Both the position numbers and the translations under genes were made by a program. From Lama guanicoe (taxonomy: Eukaryota), in the NCBI GenBank assembly GCA_013239625.1, contig MU053396.1, positions 1 through 64,000 on the forward strand: 64,000 nt of DNA, written 5' to 3'. The notes below the pieces were generated by a model, which did not search any database, was not told the DNA's origin, and saw only the letters and a program-made list of their open reading frames with translations. Below, in pieces: positions 1 to 12,379 of this stretch; position 1 is the stretch's first letter, and each line of letters begins with the position of its first letter.

Positions 1-61
1 GGTTTCCAGTTATAAACTCAGCATGGGCCTGTTCTCATTCTAGTTCTCGAAGACTCTGAGG

Positions 62-3000
62 ATGAGAATCTGGGGGCCCCGAACCCTTCTCCTGCTGCTC
101 TCCGAGGCCCTGGCCCTGACCCAGACCTGGACGAGTGAGTGCAGGGTTGGGAGAGAACTGCCTCTTTGGGGGAGGAGCGAGGGCTCCCCTTCCCCTGGGG
201 TAGCGAGGGCAGGACGCCCGGGGAAAGTGCGACGTCGCAGCCCCCTGCCCAGACCCGTCACCCCACCTCTAGCCCGCCCTCTCCGCTCTCTCACCCTGAG
301 GTCCTGGCCCTTTTTCCACCAGCCACCGCTTTTCCGTCTCGCGAGCCCCCTCATCCCCGCCCCACTTCCGCCCCTTAGACCGCAGACCCTGACACGCGCC
401 CGGAGGAGGGTCGGGCAGGGTCTCACCCCTCCCCGCCCCCAGGCTGCAAGAGGTATTTCGAAACGAGGGTGTCCCGGCCTGGCCTCGGGGAGCCCTGGTA
501 CATGGAAGTCGGCTACGTGGATGACACGCAGTTCGTGCGCTTCGATAGTGACGCCCGGAATCCGAGGATGGAGCCACGGGGGCTGTGGGTGGGGCAGGAG
601 ATCGGGAGACACGGAGAAGCAAGGAGGACGCACAGATTTTCCGAGTGGGCCTGAACACCCTGCGCGGCTGCTACAACCAGAGCGAGGCGGTGAGCGACGC
701 GGGCCCGGGTCCAGGTCACGATCCCCATCCCCAGGGACGGGGCGGGATCCCCCGGGTCTCCAGTCCGAGGGTCATCCCGACATTGAGCGACCTGCCCGGC
801 CCTCGACCCGGGAGCACTCGACGGGTCTTTCACCGGGTTTCGTTTTCGGTTTAGGTTTAATCACCGCTGTTGGTCAGGCCAGCGGCCCGGTTGACCGCGG
901 AGGCGGGGNNNNNNNNNNNNNNNNNNNNNNNNNNNNNNNNNNNNNNNNNNNNNNNNNNNNNNNNNNNNNNNNNNNNNNNNNNNNNNNNNNNNNNNNNNNN
1001 NNNNNNNNNNNNNNNNNNNNNNNNNNNNNNNNNNNNNNNNNNNNNNNNNNNNNNNNNNNNNNNNNNNNNNNGACCCTGCGGATCACCCAGCGCAAGTGGG
1101 AGGCGGCCGGTGTGGCGGAGCAGGAGAGGAACTACCTGGAGGGCACCTGCGTGGAAGGTGTCTGCAGACACCTGGAGAACGGGAAGGAGACGCTGCAGCG
1201 CGCAGGAACGAAGGGCCGCGGGGCCTCCACGATCTCCCCTCGGGCTGGAGCTCGAACGAGGAGAGGGAGACGGGATCCGTAGGGCACAGAATATACATAG
1301 TGACTCGCCAGTGCCTTGATTTTCTCTAAAGGACAATTAAGGAATGCAGCCTCTTCTGGGAGGAAGTGGGAGACCATCCCTGAAATTAACTGATCAGCTG
1401 TGCCCTTTGCCCCAGGCCGCCATCCTGTGAACCATGACTCTCTCTCAAGGCCTGTTCTTCACCTGAGAACATCTTTGCATCCTGACTCCAGCTTTTCTAA
1501 CATATTCAACCTCCACTCACTTAAGACCATTAGTCTGCATTTCCCCTCTTGCACTCCTGAAGCCTCCTGTGTTGACTCTCAACCTGATTCTATACTTTGA
1601 AAGCAATACGAGGTATTCCCACACCCACCCAGTCCAGGCTGGTGTCCTGGGTTTGTGCTGCTTCTTTTCAAACCCACTGTCCTCTCCCTTCTCAGGACTG
1701 TCACCTGATGGTGCTTCAGTGGCCAAAGGAGGTAACCTAAAGTCTTTATGTTCTGATTCTCTTTGCTCAGACCATTCAAAGACCCATGTGACCCGCCACT
1801 CCATCTCTGACTGTGAGGTCACGCTGAGGTGCTGGGCCCTGGGCTTCTACCCTGCGGAGATCTCACTGACCTGGCAGCGTGATGGGGAGGACCAGGCCCA
1901 GGACACGGAGCTCGTGGAGACCAGGCCTGCAGGGGACGGGACCTTCCAGAAGTGGGCGGTCCTGGTGGTGCCTCCTGGAGAGGAGCAGAGATACACTTGC
2001 CATGTGGAGCATGAGGGGCTTCAGGAGCCCCTCACCGTGAGATGGGGTGAGGAGGGAGACGGGGATGGAGCGTCTTCTCAGATAAAGCAGAAGCCCTTCT
2101 GGTGACCTTCAGCAAGGTCGAGACTCAAGCCTGAGGTCAGGGCCCCTTCCCTTCTCTTTGTAGAGCCACCTCCTCAGCCCACCGTCCCCATCATGGGCAT
2201 CATTGTTGGCCTGGTTCTCTTTGTGATCGCTGCAGCTGTGGTGGCGGGAGTTGTGATCTGGAGGAAGAAGTGCTGCGGTAGGGAAGGGAGGAGGGGATCT
2301 GAGTTTTCTTGTCTCACTGGGGATTCAGGCCCAGGTACAAGTCTGCCTGCCTCCTTACTGGGAAGAACCATCCACACACACATGCTTGCCATTCTGGAGC
2401 TGAGTGCTAGCACTGACTCTTTGTAAAGCATGTGTGAAAATGAAAGACAAATTTTTCACCTTGATAATTCTGGTTGGGGACCGGTTTCCCAGCAGTCAGA
2501 TGTCAGATGGGAAGGTCCCCACTGAGGACAGAATTCTGGGAGGACAGCTGGCCCAGTCCCCCCACATCTCCTTTCTTCATGTTCCTGATTCTGTCCTGGA
2601 TTTCTCATCACAGTTCTGGAAAGTTCTCTGTGGTCCAGAACTACGGGGTTTTCTAGGAACTCATGGCTCAGCCTTCTTCCTAGCCTCCCATAGGATGTTT
2701 TCTTCTCACAGGTGAAAAACGAGGGAGCTACACTCAGGCTGCAAGTAAGTATGGAGTGAGTGTGGTTCCTGAGACCCCTGTGATAGTGGAGCCGGGAGGC
2801 CATGGTGGGGGAGCTCACCCACCACAGACTTCCTTCTCTAGTTTCTGTCCTGTGGGTTCTGACCACATCCTGGTTTTGTTCTCCCCCAGGCAGTGACAGT
2901 GCCCAGGGCTCTGATGTGTCTCTCACGGATCCCAGAGGTGAGACCCTGGAGGGCCTAGATTGGGAGAGGGGTTGGGGCAGAGGGGATGCCCTGGGTGTGG

Positions 3001-3104
3001 GGATTCTCTGAGTGGGACACTTTGAGCATGTGGGGCTGTTGAGAATGTCAGCACTTCCATGACTGACTTGAATTGGTTCATGATTCTTTTCTTTGACAGT
3101 GTGA
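62..3104 (+). pseudogene. MHC class I heavy-chain pseudogene, copy A (exons 62-134, 443-689, ?-1205 partly in N gap, 1771-2046, 2164-2277, 2712-2744, 2890-2937, 3100-3104)
   Basis: Leader MRIWGPRTLLLLLSEALALTQTW, alpha1 motif [15 protein letters not shown], intact 276-nt alpha3 exon, TM and cytoplasmic exons with canonical sizes. Exon 2 is 247 nt (6+16+1 nt deletions) with a frameshift to TGA at 652-654. Exon 3 donor is GA (1206-1207). TATAAA at 11-16, AATAAA at 3474-3479. Confidence 0.9.
909..1071. other. Assembly gap (N) covering the end of intron 2 and the first half of exon 3 of copy A
   Basis: Run of N. Confidence 0.99.
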
Positions 3105-4549
3105 GACAGGTGCCTTGTGAGGGACTGAGTGATGGAAGATGTGTTCACAACCTACTTTGTGACTTCAGATCCCCTGACTGCTCTTTCTGCAGCTGCATCT
3201 GAATGCGTTGGTGCTCCTATTAGCACAATGTGAGTAAGTGGGGAGAGTGCCCCACCCCTGCCCCCCATACCCCCTCCTGACCCTGACCTGTGTTCTCTTC
3301 CCTGGTTGACTTTCCTTTTCCAGCAGAGGTGGGGCTGGGCCATCTCCATCCCTGTCTTAACTTTGTGTTGTACTTAGTAATACTGATAAAAATGAAGCTG
3401 GGTCTGAATGTATTACTGCCATGGTGGGTTGAAGGGATAATAAAGGGGAGACTTCCTAAACTCTGAGAGAGGAAATAAATGGAAGCACTGAGAACCTTCC
3501 AGAATCTGCATATTTGCTGTGCTGAGTGTGTTGCAGGGGGAACAGGAGATGGATGTGAGGAGTGTGGCAGGGACTGTGCCCAATCAGTGCTCAGTTCATT
3601 ATGGGCTGTGAAGGGGTCACTACCGGGATGGGTCATCTTCTCTGTTCCTGTGTCCCTGTAGTTTCAATAGAACCTGGTCCCACCAGGACCTGTGATCACA
3701 GGGACTCGGAAGTCACCTGGGCCTTGTCCTGTCTGGAAGACATTGACAGCGAGGGCTTCCTGTGACCATGTTAGCCTAGGCTCAGACCGGAGTCCAGCCC
3801 TCAGCCCCTGTCTTTTGTGTGTGTGTTTATATTTTGTCTATTTAAAAATTATTTTTAATTATGACTGTTCTTTTTCAAATTTAGAGTTCTGGCCTCATTC
3901 TGTTCTGGGTGTTCTACATCTCAGACACCAGCAGGAGTCATTTTTGCCAGCCATTGTCCCCACAAGTCCCAGGGGTCCCTGCACACAGTGGTATCAAGAG
4001 AGAAATTCTTGGCCTCATCCAGCTCTTATCCTTCTACCACTGTTTCCAGGATTCTACTTTACATGTTTTCACCACGTTTTTTAAGGAACAAAGATTCTAG
4101 AATTAGCAAAGGGGGGAAACCCAATTGTTTCCCACCTTCACTTAATTCTTGCTGGATTTCTGTCTTCTCTGCAGTCAGCTCCCTCTCTCTGCCCTTAGAT
4201 CTAGTAATGCTAATGCTGCCTCCAATCCCAACTCATGGATTTATAGAGCAGATCTGATGTAGATTCACAGTAGGTTGGACCATAGGACCCATAAGCATAG
4301 GATCATCTTTTCTGAGGAGACAGATATCATTGTGTGAGCTGTGCAGACAGGCTGCTTGGGGTGGAGGGGTGATCACCACTTGTGAGAGATGGAAAAATGC
4401 TTTGGGGAATGAAAATGTTCCAAAATTGACTGTGGGTACCATCACACCTCCCTGTGAATATGCTAAAATCAACTCTTTCCAATGGGTGGATGAGATATGT
4501 GAATTATATCTCAATATAGCTGTTCTACAAAAAAAAACAATTAGGCCCA

Positions 4550-5750
4550 ACAAAAAATGAAGCAGAGATGGGAGGACCACCATGGTAACTGAACAGAAAG
4601 ACGTGAAAAAGCTCAGGGAAGTGGACATGCTAGAATATAGTAAAATTGGAAAAATCCCAGGAGACTGTTTCCCAAAGGAAACTTTCTCAGGCAGTAAGGG
4701 CTGAGCAAATGGGCAGAGTAGTAACTTCAGTGTGTCTGTCCTTTGTAGGCGGGGACTGACTCTAGGAGCCAATATTACAGCACCAACGAGGATAATAGGG
4801 TCCCAGAAAGTTAGAGGACAGGTGACAACAAGATAGAAACAAGGACTAAATCCCTAAATAAACTACAATGTCAAAATGGAAGCAGCAGATTCTGACTACA
4901 AGGGCTTTCTGGAAATGCTTAGTATATCCTAGTGTTTCTGGGGGCAAGGTGGATGGACAGCCAGCAAGAGAGTTGCTTAGTATAATAGATAAGAATAACT
5001 GAATTGGCTGGGATGACTTGCCTAATAGAAGCTTACCATCCCTTATCCAGTTTCCAGACCTGAGCCATCTCTTAGACCCAGGACTCACTGGCTGAAGGGA
5101 GCCAAGGTCCCCTGAGGAAATGCCCTGAAACACATGACAATACATGTGTGCAGTGTGAATTTCCCATGTCCTTCCATGTAGATATCAATGGCTATTTTTC
5201 AGATTTCCATTCACTGACAGAAGGGAAGATCTAGGTCCCTTTATGTCTACTGGATACCGAGTCCAATTTGACACTGATACCTCGGAGCCAAAGTACCACC
5301 ATGAAACCCCACTAGAGGAGAAGCATTTGGGGAGATGACTTAATTTGAGTCCTGTCTTAGGTCCACCCGTGTGTCAGTGGGTTCTCTGTCTCCACATATC
5401 CACTTGGTGGGAATCTCCCCAGTTTCCAAATATCTCATTCGAAGGGACATATGCAGAGTTGGCCAGAATCCTCATGTTGATTCTATGACCTTTGGGGTAA
5501 AAGCTTTTAGTGAGAAAAGCCAAGTAGAAGCTCCTGAAAAGCCTCCCAAGCTCAGCCAACACGGAACATTAAAGACAGTGTTGTATCTTGGGGACAATGA
5601 CAGAGGTAAACGTCCTCCTCAGAGACTTAAAGGGTTGGGGGGGGTCCCCCTCATACAAGCACTTGATTCACCCCTGTGGTTCTTGAAGAAACTGGAAGGG
5701 TCATTGCCAATGGCAGTGAGACAGCGCTAACTCAGCACGGCTGCATTTCT
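4550..5750 (+). mobile_element. Degenerate ERVL/HERV16-like internal (gag-pro) relic; paralogs at about 30820-32010 and 59480-60670
   Basis: Translations such as ISPVSKYLIRRDICRVGQNPHVDSMTFGVKA resemble the class III ERV protease region. Same position downstream of each class I gene. Boundaries approximate. Confidence 0.6.
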
Positions 5751-6242
5751 TTTCACTTCCTGCCTTTGTGTTTCTATCCCCACAGTTCTCTCTTTTAATT
5801 CCAAATTACTTGGAAAGCTGGGTCAGTTTCTCGGGAACATGCTTTTGATCTGGATTGCTGTGGAGTGAGCACCAAAATCCTGTGAACTTGATTCCTTTCT
5901 TTATTCCAGTCTCCTCACTCCTAGCCTCAGCCCTGTGAGAGGCTATGATGTCAGATGGTTCCCAAAGTCACCCTGTGGTTGGCAGACATTATGTTGGTCC
6001 CCAGTGTACCCTCCTCTGGTATCACGCCCATGCGTAATATATGCTTTTGGAACATATACTGGACCTAATAACCTGCTTGAAACAAATACAATATGGGAAG
6101 TTCTGGGCTGTGTATTTTGGAATGACTGGGGAAAGAGACACGAGGGACCTGGGGTCAGTTGTCTCAGGCTGGCTGTCCAGGCCAGGCTGGGGCAGCAGAG
6201 ATTTCCCATGGAGCCCAATGACAATGACCCTGTGCTCCTGTC

Positions 6243-6620
6243 TTGAGGAGCTTCTCCTCTAGATCTCAGCCCCACAGCCCCTGCCATCAGACAGGATGAG
6301 GAGGAGGAAGAGACACCAACAGTGATTCTTATCCTGGCTAGAATCTTGAGGGAACTGTTTATAAAAAGACAAGAAGGAAGTGAAGAAACAAAGGCTCCCA
6401 AATCTGACACCTGGTGACCCACACACTCCCCGAGGTCAGACCCCATGTAGAAAGATGAGGAGGGTAACACTCTCCATTCTCCCTGTGCTGCCCCCTGGGG
6501 CCCAGCTCTCTCTTCTCCAACTACAATAATGCCCCAGGGGCCCACAGAGGTGACACTGTGAATAGATCTCTGCTCATCTCCAGAGCAGACCACCACGGCC
6601 GCACACCCCAGGAAGTCTAG
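6243..6620 (-). pseudogene. Inverted, highly decayed class I relic (3' part of exon 4 plus exon 5), unit A copy
   Basis: Minus strand reads FLGCAAVVVCSGDEQRSIHSV versus class [22 protein letters not shown]. It is followed by an exon 5-like segment, which is clearest in the unit B paralog. Confidence 0.6.
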
Positions 6621-8433
6621 TTCTCTCCGTATGTATTAACTCAGTGTGTGCAGCAGACATGCAAGTAACAGTGGTCTAACAGGATGGAAGCTTGTCTGTG
6701 TCTCCATGACAAGGAGGCAGGCAGTTCCAGGGCAGCTCAGGTGACTCTACAACATGAGATTGTGCAGGCATCCAGGATCCTATGACCTTCCCTCTCTGCT
6801 GTCTCTGGGATCTTGCCCTTGTTTGTGTGACCCAAGGTACCTGTTCCGTGAGCAACCAGGGAAAGCAGAGACTGAAGAACAGTATCTTCCCTTTAAGACA
6901 AATGTTTAAATCTTCACATTTGCTTCATCATATTGGCCAGAACTTAGTCACAGGAACACAACTGGCCTCAGGAGAGATTGGAGAATGAACGTAATTTTCA
7001 ATTAGGGTGACTGTGCCCAGAAAAACACTCTACTAGTGTGGAAGAGATAAGAGTTTTGCTATACATGAATTTTTAACAATCAGGAGTGCAGAATAGTTAT
7101 TATCAATATCTTGACCTGAACGACATTTATATTTTAAAAATGGAATAATTGTTAAATTGACACCAAAGATGCAGGTAGAATGTGTGGTCAATACCACCTG
7201 ATACAATGGAATCTCTTTCTATAACACTATTGAGACCCATAAAAATCACCTTGCCCAGGGAGAGAATTTGGAAGAATTAGGAAGGGGACAAAACCAGAAA
7301 TGTAATTTTCACTGTGTATCCTTTTATGACATAGGAATTTTTTCAACCTTGTGCATAATGAACGTTGAAGGACAAAAGAAAACCCCACACTCATTTAGTA
7401 ATTTTTTTATCCTGGATGTCGGGCTCTCTGATGGGCCTCAGTGAGTGAAACACCAAGAGTTCACACTGGGTTGGAAGAGCCTGAATTACTTGCAACTATT
7501 AAAGAGAACACACTGCATCTTCCCAAAACAGCATCTCCCCAGACAGCCACATTGAGGAGGTTTTAAGGGCACAAGCAGATCCATGAAGGAGTTGAGCAGA
7601 GGGAAATTCAGCACAGAATTGGGACAAAGTCAACAGAGCCCAAGCATTAGTGGATGGAAGTCACCACGTACACTAAATGTCAGCAGCATCATCCCTTAGG
7701 TTCCAGGTCATCTGAAGGTTGAGGGCCTCGTGGGAATTGAAGTTCTGCAAAACCCTCAAGAAAGTGCTTTACTATTAGCACAGAACTGGGGTCTTTGTTA
7801 CCTGATTTATTACATAAGCTGTTTTTTCTTCTCTTGCCGGGGATCAGTCACTCCTTATTCTGTTCCCTTAAGATCATTAATACTGAGACCAGTTCAAGGG
7901 CAAGCATGTGACCAGGCTTAGATCACAAAATGGTTCAGGCCTCAAATGGCTTCTCTTATGACAAAAAGCTGTGCCTGCCTCCTCTCCTCTGCAGACCCCC
8001 TACCCAGTCTGCCTACAACACCAACAAAGCAGAATCACCAGAAGGGACTTTGTGGGATCCTGTATGACAGCAAGCTGGAAGGAAGAGTGGGAGCCCAGGT
8101 TTGCTGAGAGGATGAGAAGGAAAGAAAAATATGATTCATTTCAGTGATGGAGCTTTCCAAAGATGTAGGAGACCTGAAAATTCAGAGGGGAATATTGATA
8201 GAGGACCCTCTCTCGGGTTCACACAGAACCAGGGAGAAACCTTCCAATGGAAGCTTTGGTGCTTGTATCCAGGACGGTGCTTTGTGAACACAGCTCAGTC
8301 CTGCAGATCATCTTGTCCAACGTGGACCCGCAGTGACAATGAGTATTCAGTGATGAGCAGCCCGTGTGTGAACACGACCAGGGCAGAGGCCGCAGTGCCT
8401 GGCGTTCCTGCTCTCTCTGACCTGGGACGTCCC

Positions 8434-8760
8434 TGCACAGACAGACTCTGAGGTGGTGCCGAAGGATCCCTGCCCCCTGGGAGTCACACCTTGTATAATC
8501 TGCCCTCTAGGAGTGTGGGTGGGACCTGGGACTTGCTGCTAACCAATAGAATGTGACAACAAGGGTATCAACCCTCTGATCAGACCCTAGAAGAGCGTGA
8601 CCCCATCCTGCTAGCTGACCGCTACTGTCCGCACTGCCCGCAAGCTCTGGTGCGGCCAGTCGCTGCGCTGGGAAGGCCCACGTGGCAAGGAGCTGAGGTC
8701 AGCGCCCGACCCACAGCCAGCAAGAGACTGAGGCATCCAGTCTGACCGCCCACAGGGAGC
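8434..8760 (+). mobile_element. MaLR (MLT1-like) LTR fragment; paralogs at about 33874-34200 and 63381-63710
   Basis: Starts tgcacagacagactctgaggtgg and contains gccagcaagagactgagg, both typical of MLT1 LTRs. Recognised by eye. Confidence 0.55.
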
Positions 8761-9277
8761 CATTCAGGCCTCTTCCCTAAGGCAGCCCTTCCCTTTCTTG
8801 AGGACACACCCCCCGCTTTCCCTTTACCAGCACACATGTCAGGCTCTGTCTTTATCTGAGTTGTTCTCCTCTCCCTCCATCCAGGAGCCCAGCAGGGAGC
8901 GGCAGGCAGGGAGGGAGGACGTGCTGGGAGCAGAGCTGTGGTGTCACCTGGGAGCAGATGGTACCAGGGAGTCAGTGGAAAGGAGAGACGTCAGGGCAGC
9001 AGGGATGGGAAGGAGAGGAGTGACCACCCCTGTGACTCTCAGGGGCACGTGGGGCTGTGCTTTCGGGCTGTGAGATAACACAGTGAGGAGTAAACTCTGC
9101 GTGGTCCCTGCTGGTCTCTCCTTCAGCATCTGGATCGTCCAGCTCATAGCCTGGATCCAAACACCACTGATGCCCCACAGTCCGGTGTGACCCTCCCTTT
9201 CCGGCACCTCCAGCAAACACACCCCATCAGCCAATGAACAACCAACTCTCCTGTCACCCACACCGCCATGGACTCAC

Positions 9278-9325
9278 CTGTAGTGGGTGTGAGAAACACA
9301 GCAGACTCCTGGCCCGTCTCAGAAC
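9278..9325 (-). pseudogene. Orphan class I exon 7 homolog (48 nt), remnant of the inverted gene in unit A
   Basis: cccctccag|GTTCTGAG...ACTACAG|gtgagt; 48 nt, phase 1-1; SETGQESAVFLTPTT versus SDSAQGSDVSLTDPR. Confidence 0.7.
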
Positions 9326-9609
9326 CTGGAGGGGAAGAGAAGCTGGCAGAGCCCCCAGAGAAAGGGGACCCTCAGTGAGGCAGGTGAACACTGCAGGGAG
9401 TCAGCGTAACAGAGTGAGGACACAATTGGGCTCTGTGTTCAGACTATTTCCTTAGAGTCATGGCTGAGCCAACTGAGAGTCAGTCAGCCTCTCTGTGGGC
9501 TCAGTTTCATTGTCTGTAAAACAGAGTTGATAGCTATCCCTGTCTCAGAGGGCTCTCATGAGATACAAATTATTTAATTCCTGTAAATCCCTTACAACAA
9601 TATCTGACA

Positions 9610-9950
9610 CAAAGAAAAACAGCATATGATATTTATCTGTCGAATCTAAAGAAAGATATAAATGAACTTATTTACAAAACAGAAACTGACTTACATGCAT
9701 ACAAAACAAATTTATGATTACCAAAGGGCAAAGTGGAGGAGAGAAAAATTAGGAGTTTGGGATTAGCAGTTACAAACTACGCTGTATAAAATAGGTCAAC
9801 AACCAGGTCCCGCTGCACAGCGCAGGGAACGATAGTCAGTGTCTTGTAATTCTGATAATGACAAAGAACATGTACACGCACAACTGACTCACTGTGCTGT
9901 GAAAGGAACATAACATGGGAAATCAATGATACTTCAATTTTTAAATAAAC
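9610..9950 (+). mobile_element. LINE-1 3' end fragment
   Basis: Contains aatgaacttatttacaaaacagaaac and aggagtttgggattagcag, typical of a cetartiodactyl L1 3' UTR. Sits where A/B unit homology ends. Confidence 0.7.
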
Positions 9951-11435
9951 ATACACATAGTATGTGAGGAACAGGAAAACAGCAGAGGGGAGGGAAGAAG
10001 TTACATTGTTCAAAAGGTGGAGAAAGGAGACAAAAGAATATTTATTTTCCTTTCCGCATTTATACTTTTGAAATCAGTTCCCCTTCCAACCATCCAAAGA
10101 AAGCACCACTCAGTGTTCTATTACATGACGCTATTTGGAGGAGCAAGATGCTCCCAGGACTGGTGGGGGTGCTGTTAACTGATGCGGTTTTTCCAGTTAG
10201 TTCCCAAAGCCATTCTTGGTCACACAGGAAGAGAATGAAGCAAGTAATATTATCATAATAGGTTTTGGAACTGTGGGTAAGTTTTTTTCTCCATTAAAAG
10301 TATTTGCTGTTGTTTTGGTTTGTGTGTGTTGTTGTTGAATCAGAAAAGGGAAAAAAAAAACAGGAGAAGGAAAAGAGTTGATCTTGGCCATCATGAAACA
10401 CAGAAGAAGCAACCACAAAAACAAAGCAAGAATTTACATAGATTATCCAATTTATCCCACTCATAGCTCTGTGAAGGTAATCAGGTACTATAATCGCAGC
10501 TGAACTGTCAAGTATTAGGAATGAGACTCAGAATGCGAGTCCAGGATCTCACAGCTCACGGAACCCAGGTCCCCAGACCCTTGGCCAGCACTCCATCTAC
10601 AATGGTCACTTCAGTGAGGAGGGGTCTCAGAGACCAGGTGGTTGCTACCCTCATGTGTCACGCTTCTCTATACAACACCAAGAGGGAACGGCTGCAGCCC
10701 TTTAGTGATGGGGAACTCAGTTGCTACCAAGGAAGCGGATTCCTGTGTCAAGTCTAATTAAAAAATAAAACAAACAGAACCTTACGTTGAGTCCAATTCT
10801 GTCTCTGTGGTGCTTCTACAGAAATGACCAATTTTTGACCTCTGAATTAATTTAAGTCTTCACATAACATCCTTCAAACATTTGAAGAATAATCTATTCA
10901 TAAGAAAAGTACGTTGCATCAAGGCAAAAAAAAAAAGCTATTATCATGGGTAAGGTTGGTCCAAATACGTTTCAGCCCACTAGAAACATAAAGTTCTCCC
11001 TATCGACACTTTGGGCAGGTATGTTAATTTTTTAACTCAAATGATGTTCATTTAGCACATGATATCCACCAGGCAGGGGGAGACCTAAGTGATCAAGTCA
11101 AATATGCCCTGTGCGTTTAGACGTTAAAGAGTCCAGCTGGAAAGACAGGCATTTGAAGGGTAGAGCGAGGGCGCCCACCCTAGTCGGGAGCAGCTCAGGA
11201 CGTCCTCCCTGAGGAGGTGACATTGGAACTGAGCCCTGAGGATGAACAGGAGATGACAGGGCAGGTGTGGTCTATATGGAGGGAAACCACTGATGAGAAG
11301 TCCTGTATGTATACTGGAAAGTGTGGGGGATTTGTAGACTGACCAGGTCCGGGGGGCTGGAGGCAGCCAGACATGGTGCTGAAGAGTATGGGCTCCACCT
11401 GGACAGCCAGGACCCGGCATCTCCTCCCAAACCGA

Positions 11436-11590
11436 CTTAGCTGTGTGACCCCGGCAGGTGACTGACCCCAGTGCCCTTCACTTTCCTCATCTGTAAAATG
11501 GGTGAGGATTTAGGGACAAGGTGAGGACTGGCTGAGCTGACACCTGTGAGGTGCTCAGAACAGTGCCAGGGACACAGCTGGTGCTCAACC
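11436..11590 (+). mobile_element. MIR SINE fragment
   Basis: Core motif agctgtgtgacc...tttcctcatctgtaaaatggg. Confidence 0.6.
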
Positions 11591-11954
11591 CTGTTTGTTC
11601 TCATGGTGGGAGGGGAAAAAAGGTGGGACAGAGAAGGGAGGCTGAGGAGAGAAGCCGGGTCCTGGGAGCCCTCCTCCCCTGGTGCTGGAACCGGAGCAGC
11701 ACAGGTAAGCTTCCATTCTGAGAGAGGAGCCTCCGTCCACACGTGGAGAAGAGAATGGACAGGATGAGAGTGTGTGTGAGGACCAGAGAGGATTCTCCTG
11801 GGGAGGCTCCACATGAGAGGCCGAGATGACCCCTCTCCATCCCGAATTCCGCCTCTTCCCCCCTCAGATCCTGTTCACATTCCTCACCGCTTCCTCCTCC
11901 TGCCACAGAGTCACTGTTGAGAAGGAAATGCTGAGCACACAGTGGACGGCTGTC

Positions 11955-12379
11955 ACGGCAAGTGGGCCCACTGCGGGGGGCCTCCTGGGAGAGGTGACCA
12001 GCAGGGTCTGCCTGGAGCACGTGTCGGACCCTGTGAGCCTCTTCTGTGGCCACAGCTCCTGCCAGGCCTGCGTCACCAGGTGCCAGGTCACTTTCAGATC
12101 TACGGAGGAAGCCCTGTGCTGTCCCTTCTGCAAGCAGCCATTTCAAGAGGGGACCTCGGGCCCAACTGGATTCTGGCCAGTTCAGTCCCCAGCCTCCTAA
12201 CACTGGAGCCCAGGGGTGAGACTCCAGCACAGGAAGTCTGGTTCTGTGAGCAGCACAGGAAAAGCATCTTTCTCATTTTCCAGGAGGAACAGCTATTCCT
12301 GTGTGTGGTTTGCCAAGATCTCACAGAGCGCAAGTGCCTCTCGGGGCTGCAGGAGGAGGGAGACACTCGGCCTCATGAA
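11955..12379 (+). pseudogene. TRIM-family (TRIM26/TRIM10/TRIM31-like) RING + B-box first coding exon, pseudogenised
   Basis: Start codon ACG(gcaagt) in strong Kozak context. RING: EVTSRVCLEHVSDPVSLFCGHSSCQAC...CPFC, first Cys changed to Ser. Frameshift at about 12145-12150 before LGPNWILAS. B-box: CEQHRKSIFLIFQEEQLFLCVVCQ. Donor gtaagt at 12380. Confidence 0.85.

Noticed and set aside
62..1282. 406-aa ORF (and the 276-aa ORF at 26293-27123) as single-exon proteins
   Set aside because: They read through GC-rich introns and N gaps. The real structure is spliced at canonical class I boundaries.
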